In this document: piece by piece, positions 33,115-35,559 of the stretch
Layout: each line of letters opens with the position of its first letter
How positions within the stretch are numbered: position 1 is the first letter of the stretch
From: Dimargaris cristalligena
Taxonomy: Eukaryota
Assembly (NCBI GenBank): GCA_003614675.1
Contig: ML002377.1
Span: forward strand, 1-35,559
Direction: 5' to 3'
DNA length: 35,559 bases
Notes under the pieces: generated by a model
What the model was told of the DNA's origin: nothing
The model's database searches: none
The model's input: the letters and a program-made list of their open reading frames with translations, nothing else
Made by a program: the position numbers and the translations under genes

Positions 33115-34067
33115 GGCTTACAGAGCTTGAAAATCTTTCCGTGAAATAAATGGATAGAGAAAAAATAATGTCACCCGACTTGGTATATATATAATAAGGA
33201 GGATGGGTTGGAGTCACCGGAAAGGGTTAAGCTGGTGTAGAGGTTAAGGGTAGAGTAGTTGCTATGGATATTAAAGATGACAGGGAAATGGCCATATTTT
33301 ATATTGCGATCGCCGTGGTCCAGCTTTACAATTCCTGAGATGGAGGAGAAGGGGAGTTCGTTCAATAAATTAAAAAAGTACCCGAGTGTTAGTGGCACAA
33401 GAATGAGGAGCCAAGGTATTTTTTTTTCAAGGCTCCCAATAGCACAAAGACCGTTTTGCCTTTCGGTTTCTTGTTGATGCCGGTGAGTGTAGATTATTAT
33501 AATTGGACTGGCCTGCCCCCCGACCGACTTGGTGGCTATTGGCCAATAATATATGGTATCCCTAACTCGCCCAGTTGGGTTGGATGCTACATTTTGATTT
33601 ATGGGTAATAAGAATCGCCACAATTAGCCGGGACCCTGGTGAGAAAAATATCCTTTCCCTTCGCCCTTTTAGCCACTTGGCTCACTATCCACAAACTATC
33701 GACTTTGCGTAGCCACATGAGTAAAAGGACGTGCAAGGCGAGCTCTAGTCAGCGGCCATTTATGACTCGGCAGAGTCGTCCAGAGATAATAGCACTGTGG
33801 GCGAACCGTACTACTTTGGCAAGGCTGAAATACCAAGGCAATTGGTCTATGAAGCACCATGCCCTTTACGCTGCCCAGTGTCTGGGTAGGTAAAGCACAG
33901 TTAGCCCTTTCGGTTTTTACAAGAACCAATTCTTAAAAGCCCGACAGTGGCGTTATATACTAAATCGGGTCCTATATCACTCTTGCTCCCTTCTTTTTCT
34001 ACGATACACCAAAATGATTGGCCGTGTATATATATTTTCTCTATTTCCACATCCGTTTCAATTTGAT

Positions 34068-35449
34068 TTAATGAATGCCCCGGATCACTTCAGGACTTTC
34101 CATTCTATTAATAGATTGTCCAGCTCTTCCTTCCGACGGTCGGTTCCCTGTTGCCTTCCCAGGATAAAGTAGAGAAAAATGATAACGAACATTCAGCGGT
34201 TTCCTCGAAGTTTGAAATTTCTCCGTTGTTCCGGTCGGTGTTGCTGGTATATAGTTCGAATATAACCGTCGTAATACATATAGCCCAGCCTTCATATTTG
34301 CCGTTGTAATTACGCATCGGAGGGTAAACGCAAGGTCTGCCAATTGCGACTTAACAGAGTACCCAAAGAGAGAAAGAACCTCGAGTGACATTGCTAGAAG
34401 TCCGTGGCTGATATACCTGAGTTGGATTGACAAAATAAACGATATAAGCTGACTTCCCGAATATGGAACAGCATAGCCAAAGGTATAGAATCAGCGGGAT
34501 GAGTGAAATGAATTTCTAACATTATAAGGGGTGCATAATATCCAATGCACACCCCTTTCATATTTCCCCGGCCTAGTCCAGCCAATGTTCTAATTTATCG
34601 CTAATTATTCAATAGCAGTTTTCGTCTCGGATCCGAGGTAAATATTAATGATGGGGAAAATTGCCACTAGGCTGGTGCAGGTTGACCCCAAACGCCAAGC
34701 TGTATTCGACCTTCATGAAGGCCTATCGGATTACAGGTATGAATCTAGGTGAGACAAGCGGGGAAGAGCAGCCTAGCAGAAAATCTGCGTTCAGTACTCC
34801 GTTCAAGGATGATCCGAGGAGCAACTCAGTCACGCGACTATCTTGCCAATGGAGTCCAGCGTGGTTACTGCTATCGTCGGTGTTGACGGGCCATAAATCG
34901 ACCATCGTGGGAAAACCGTTTCTGATATTTATCCCTTCATCGTTTCCGAACCAATAAAGGGAAGTTGGTAGGGATTGGGCGAGCAAATGTTGCTCAAGTA
35001 TATGGGAGAGGTTCAACCAAGCTGTACAACGAAAAATCCGTTGGATGAAGTGAATATTATAGGCTAAAAATAAATATCCCATATATTATCCCATACACGT
35101 ATCATTTAAAACCTTATACAGCTGGGCCGCATCTCACCCATATATACATTCTGTCTCTTAAGCAAACTTAAATGTAATTATCGCTGAGTCCATTTATATT
35201 GAGCTCTCTTGGGACTTGTGATCCCGCATATCCATAATATATCAATAAACTACATTTGCCACTATATCCCTCCATATTTGCTGACCACCGTGTCTCTGTC
35301 TAAATCTAGCACCTACTAATATCCTCGCCCAGACTTCTGGATTATTCCTCCATGTTGTGGCCGGGCCTGCTTAATCTCTAATAGTATATCCCGGCCAAAC
35401 TATTTTTAGTTTAGGAAGATGAAGAACATCACCAAATACCAGTCTTCAT
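34068..35449 (-). pseudogene. Probable pseudogene, possibly paralogous to the 31683..33114 secreted protein, interrupted by MITE copy 4
   Basis: A chain of broken minus-strand ORFs (34068-34433, 34394-34585, 34723-35002). The segment LEVLSLFGYSVKSQLADLAFTLRCVI resembles LIKALAELGGLSNHLAEYSFYSLRVAV of the neighbour. A frameshifted signal-like start MKTGI/LVMFFIFL begins at 35449. Confidence 0.3.
35003..35140 (+). mobile_element. MITE copy 4 (138 bp, TA flanks)
   Basis: TGGGAGAGGTTCAACCAAGCTGTACAACGAAAAATCC...AAAACCTTATACAGCTGGGCCGCATCTCACCCA, with TA at 35001-35002 and 35141-35142. Confidence 0.85.
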
Positions 35450-35496
35450 CTTTTCCCACCCAGTTATAAGCCATTCAATGACTAGGCCGTTTTTCC

Positions 35497-35532
35497 AATA
35501 TTCAACATTCAATATTCAGTATTCAGTATTCA
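35497..35532 (+). repeat. Short tandem repeat with a 7-bp unit (ARYATTC) x5
   Basis: AATATTC AACATTC AATATTC AGTATTC AGTATTC. Confidence 0.7.
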
Positions 35533-35559
35533 TAGTTCTTACTTATAACTCGAGGATCA

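Overview
Eukaryotic, fungal-type genomic DNA with short GT-AG introns and mostly intron-poor genes. It probably comes from an early-diverging fungus; this is inferred from gene content and style and is not verified. Five genes are clearly recognisable: a Wee1/Swe1-family kinase (+), a mitochondrial-type methionyl-tRNA synthetase (-, 1 intron), a multi-repeat Myb/SANT protein (+, 1 intron, divergent from MetRS), AMP deaminase (+) and a Pho8-type alkaline phosphatase (-, 1 intron). There is also a probable DEK-like chromatin protein (+) and an orphan protein with a signal peptide (-, 1 intron). The AT-rich intergenic islands hold features the ORF track misses: four copies of a 138-139 bp element with ~28 bp terminal inverted repeats and 2-bp flanking duplications (a MITE family), a solitary and possibly degenerate 5S rRNA gene, a CpG-depleted Ty3/Gypsy-like protease/pol relic, a possible LTR end, and a probable MITE-disrupted pseudogene related to the secreted protein. 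The most interesting items are the MITE family, a Myb-repeat protein with an apparent mitochondrial presequence placed head-to-head with mitochondrial MetRS, the fungal DEK-like protein, and evidence of CpG decay in repeats. All alignments were done by eye and no database searches were run.
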